Below the pieces are notes generated by a model that saw nothing but the letters and a program-made list of their open reading frames with translations, did no database searches and was not told where the DNA came from. DNA of 64,000 nucleotides from a virus: positions 96,001 through 160,000 of the IMG/VR virus record IMGVR_UViG_3300023179_000013. One strand, 5' to 3'. A program made the position numbers and the translations under genes. The stretch's first letter is position 1; the number at the start of each line of letters is the position of its first letter. Positions 60,926-64,000 of the stretch are shown piece by piece.

Positions 60926-62811
60926 AAAAACTATTATTAGCAATTGCGCTTTTAATCAGTTATGTAACCACATTCGCTCAAACACCTCAAATTGGACATT
61001 TCCAAACACTAGCCACTGTTAGAAGAGGTGATACATTAGATGTTACCTGGTATTATAGACCTGGTGCTCCTGACATTCGTACATTCCAAGTTGATTGGCA
61101 GTACAAGAAAACATTATTAACTTATTTATCTACCACGGTAGATGCTTCAGTTAATGGTATGTCTCCATCTGTAAGTTATAAAACTTGGGATAACTACAAG
61201 TATAATAACTATTCAAATGGTACTTATACTTATTCATCAAATACAGATTGGACAGTAGGACGTAACTATTTAGTATTATCAAGTGGTAATACAATTGGTT
61301 CAAACGGCTACATAATCCACAACAAATATAAGATTAATGCTGTAGCTCCAAACTACGTATCAGATACAATTACTGTAAACTGGGCTCGTATGTTTGACGT
61401 GAATGGTAATACTATTGGTGATAACGTAGCTCAACTTACAAACCAAAAATTAGCTATTAAATTATTAGGTAACTTAACATTATCAGGTAAAGTATGGTTA
61501 GGACCAAATATGGCTTTAAAACCTGTAGTTATCTGTACTCAAGCTAATAACGGTGCTTTTATAGATTCAATCACAGTAAATACTGATGGTACTTATACTT
61601 TAGATAATATAGATGAAAATACAAGGTATAAATTAACAGTTAAATTCCCATCTGCTTTAGCAACTATTAGAGATAATGCTGTAACAATTGCTGATGCTGT
61701 TAAAACATATGATGAATATACAGTAACAGACGTTAACCAAACATTCAGTCGTCAGTACTTAAAATATGGTTTATCTTATTTGATTGCTGATGTTAACAAA
61801 ACAGGTGCATTAGATGGTGGTGATGCTTATTCAATCTATGCTTCAGTATCAGGATTAAAACCAATTGATACAACTAAAGTATTAAACGTATTTAAAAAAG
61901 ATGTATATGATTCATTAGTATTAGGTGCTAACCAATGGAATGATTGGGTTACTTATATTAACGGAGTAACTTACATTTACGATAGTGTAGGTACAGTTAA
62001 CTTAACTGGGGTTGATATTAAGTATTTCATCTTAGGTGACGTTGATAGAAGCCATTCATCTCCAGTATACGATGCAGGTGGTGGATTAATCGTAGGTGCT
62101 AGATATATTGGTAATTTAGATATTAGCATTCCAAATGTATCTGCTCCAACAGGTCAAGCAATGTATGCTTCATTTAATATGAATACAAACGGTATTAAAA
62201 ATGATGGTCTACAGTTTGAAATGAGATACGATCCAACTAAAGTTAAATTTGAAGAAATTGTATCTAATATTCAAGGTCCTTGGTTACAATATTTAACACA
62301 TGATGAAGCAAATGGTATTATCCGTTTTGGTGGAATGAATAATCAAACTGCGGGTTCATTAGTTAATAATGTAACTCCATTTAGATTAAAATTCTCTCCA
62401 ATTGGAACAGGTGATGTATTAACTAACGTATATGTTAGACAATTAATGGATGCTTCTGATAAAAACGGAGATCACTTTAACATCAATTTACAATCTGATT
62501 ATGTAGTATTAGCTACAAGACCAGCTCCAATTGCAACACCTGAGAAAGAAATAACTGCTATGATTCGTCCAAATCCAACAAGTGGATTTTTTGAATTGGT
62601 AGTTACTTTCCCAAACAACAATATGGCAATGAATGCTAGAGTATATGATGTACAAGGTAGATTAGTAAAAGAAATAGGTAAAGTAGCTAGTGATAATTAC
62701 TATACAACTGTAATTAAACAAGTTGATTTAACGCAAGCTAGAGATGGTCACTATTTATTAGTGTTAGATAACGAAAGTAAAAAATTAACTAAACAATTTA
62801 TAAAAGCATAA
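60922..62811 (+). CDS. Secreted protein with dockerin/cohesin-like modules and T9SS type A C-terminal sorting domain
   Basis: Signal peptide ending FA-Q; ADVNKTGALDGGD; GLQFEMRYDP; C-terminus IRPNPT..VYDVQGRLV..GHYLLVL..KQFIK. Confidence 0.85.
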   Translation: MKKLLLAIALLISYVTTFAQTPQIGHFQTLATVRRGDTLDVTWYYRPGAPDIRTFQVDWQYKKTLLTYLSTTVDASVNGMSPSVSYKTWDNYKYNNYSNGTYTYSSNTDWTVGRNYLVLSSGNTIGSNGYIIHNKYKINAVAPNYVSDTITVNWARMFDVNGNTIGDNVAQLTNQKLAIKLLGNLTLSGKVWLGPNMALKPVVICTQANNGAFIDSITVNTDGTYTLDNIDENTRYKLTVKFPSALATIRDNAVTIADAVKTYDEYTVTDVNQTFSRQYLKYGLSYLIADVNKTGALDGGDAYSIYASVSGLKPIDTTKVLNVFKKDVYDSLVLGANQWNDWVTYINGVTYIYDSVGTVNLTGVDIKYFILGDVDRSHSSPVYDAGGGLIVGARYIGNLDISIPNVSAPTGQAMYASFNMNTNGIKNDGLQFEMRYDPTKVKFEEIVSNIQGPWLQYLTHDEANGIIRFGGMNNQTAGSLVNNVTPFRLKFSPIGTGDVLTNVYVRQLMDASDKNGDHFNINLQSDYVVLATRPAPIATPEKEITAMIRPNPTSGFFELVVTFPNNNMAMNARVYDVQGRLVKEIGKVASDNYYTTVIKQVDLTQARDGHYLLVLDNESKKLTKQFIKA

Positions 62812-62814
62812 TTT

Positions 62815-63147
62815 ATGTCAGAAGAAACAAACGTACAAGACCATAACGACGGAACTTGGTCAGGTCTTAAAAAAACAATCATTGGTACTATAAGTACAGC
62901 TATATTAGGTGCTGGTACTTGGTTTATGACTACTTTCTTTGGTGGCCATAAAGAAGATAAAGAAGAACCTAAAACAGAACAAGCTACTCCAGCTGCTCAA
63001 CCTACTATTGTTATTAATAATACTCAACAGCAACAACAAGCTGCTGGTGGAACAAAAGTAATCGAACGCGTAGTTGAAAAACCAGCTGCTAAACCAGCTG
63101 AGCCAGCTAAGCCTAAGAAGGAGTTTTCGGAAGAACCAAAATGGTAA
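62815..63147 (+). CDS. Single-pass membrane protein
   Basis: One TM segment, low-complexity Q/P/K tail. Confidence 0.6.
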   Translation: MSEETNVQDHNDGTWSGLKKTIIGTISTAILGAGTWFMTTFFGGHKEDKEEPKTEQATPAAQPTIVINNTQQQQQAAGGTKVIERVVEKPAAKPAEPAKPKKEFSEEPKW

Positions 63148-63169
63148 TTAACAATTAAAATTTAAAAGT

Positions 63170-63436
63170 ATGAAATGGTTTAAATCGTTGTTCGATGATA
63201 ACAACACAATCAATGAAAAATCAGTTGTAGGATTTTTAGCTTTCTTTATGATGGTAATTGCTTTAGGCGTTGACATCATTACTGGATGGCTTGGAAGAGA
63301 ATTCATGATTAATGAATTTATCTTTGATGGCTTTATGGTAATTGTATTAGGTTCATTTGGTATTGGATCTATTGACAAGTTTATCAATGCTAAGCATAAT
63401 AAAAAACCAGAAGAAGAAACTCCAACTGAAGAATAA
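63170..63436 (+). CDS. Small two-TM membrane protein (holin-like)
   Basis: Two TM segments, charged C-terminus. Confidence 0.5.
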   Translation: MKWFKSLFDDNNTINEKSVVGFLAFFMMVIALGVDIITGWLGREFMINEFIFDGFMVIVLGSFGIGSIDKFINAKHNKKPEEETPTEE

Positions 63437-64000
63437 TGGAAAAAAAGTCTAATATGATTAAAGCAATTATTGGTATAATTACGTACTTCATATTGATGTT
63501 TACACTAGCTACTAAGTGTAATGCTCAAGTAGTAGGTAAAACTACAACTGAAGATTATAAAGCATCATTTGAAAAAAAATCAAATATTGATAGTCTATTA
63601 GATTATGACGGCCCTAAAATCCCAATTCAGATACTTAGCTTAGGCATCAGTGATGATGTCTATGCTATGTATCCTGAATTAAAGGATAAGCGTGTTGGGT
63701 TAGGTGTAACTAACATTGTAGTTGAATTTTTAGAAGAAACTAACCACTTTACTTTTACTGAAGATAAAACTGAAATTAAAAATAGAATGGTTAAGCAATT
63801 CCAAGCGTCACAATCTGGAATTACTGAAGATAAATTAGATGGTAGAGGTAAAATTAGATTAGCTCATTACTTCGCTTATATAGAAGTATATGACTTTTCA
63901 GTTTCAGAAGATGAAACAGTAAATATGAAAGATGGAGTTAAAAATACTGTTGTGACTCGTCTTGGTTTACAAGTTAAATTTGTTGATGCTGAAACAGGTG
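63436..64000 (+). CDS. 3'-truncated CsgG/FlgT-like exported protein
   Basis: Manually translated: signal peptide ending NA-Q, GLGVTNIVVEFLEETNHFTF...QVKFVDAETG; runs off the window. Confidence 0.6.
   Translation, partial: MEKKSNMIKAIIGIITYFILMFTLATKCNAQVVGKTTTEDYKASFEKKSNIDSLLDYDGPKIPIQILSLGISDDVYAMYPELKDKRVGLGVTNIVVEFLEETNHFTFTEDKTEIKNRMVKQFQASQSGITEDKLDGRGKIRLAHYFAYIEVYDFSVSEDETVNMKDGVKNTVVTRLGLQVKFVDAETG

Overview
A 64 kb segment of an AT-rich, very large ('jumbo/huge') tailed dsDNA phage genome. Every credible gene is on the + strand and the standard genetic code is used. The host is most likely a Bacteroidota (Bacteroidetes) bacterium. The evidence is TTTG-N19/20-TAnnTTTn promoters, A-rich leaders without Shine-Dalgarno sequences, a DUF4494 gene, lipoproteins with D-(S/T)-T motifs and a protein with a type IX secretion (T9SS) C-terminal sorting domain. 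In order, the window holds: (1) the end of a structural protein carrying an M15 peptidoglycan peptidase; (2) a T4-like replication module (SSB, RecA/UvsX, RNase H, helicase, thioredoxin, class II RNR, PolB, clamp, clamp loader) plus a second, minimal family A polymerase; (3) a 7-deazaguanine pathway (QueD, TGT/DpdA-like, QueC, QueE, FolE); (4) Hsp20, GroES and GroEL; (5) a ~25.5 kb glycan/NDP-sugar biosynthesis island of ~29 genes; (6) ClpP; (7) an RNA cluster with five canonical tRNAs, two anomalous tRNA-shaped RNAs and a tmRNA; and (8) a secreted-protein locus (T9SS cargo with cohesin/dockerin-like parts and CsgG-like proteins). All calls come from motif recognition by eye; no database searches were run.
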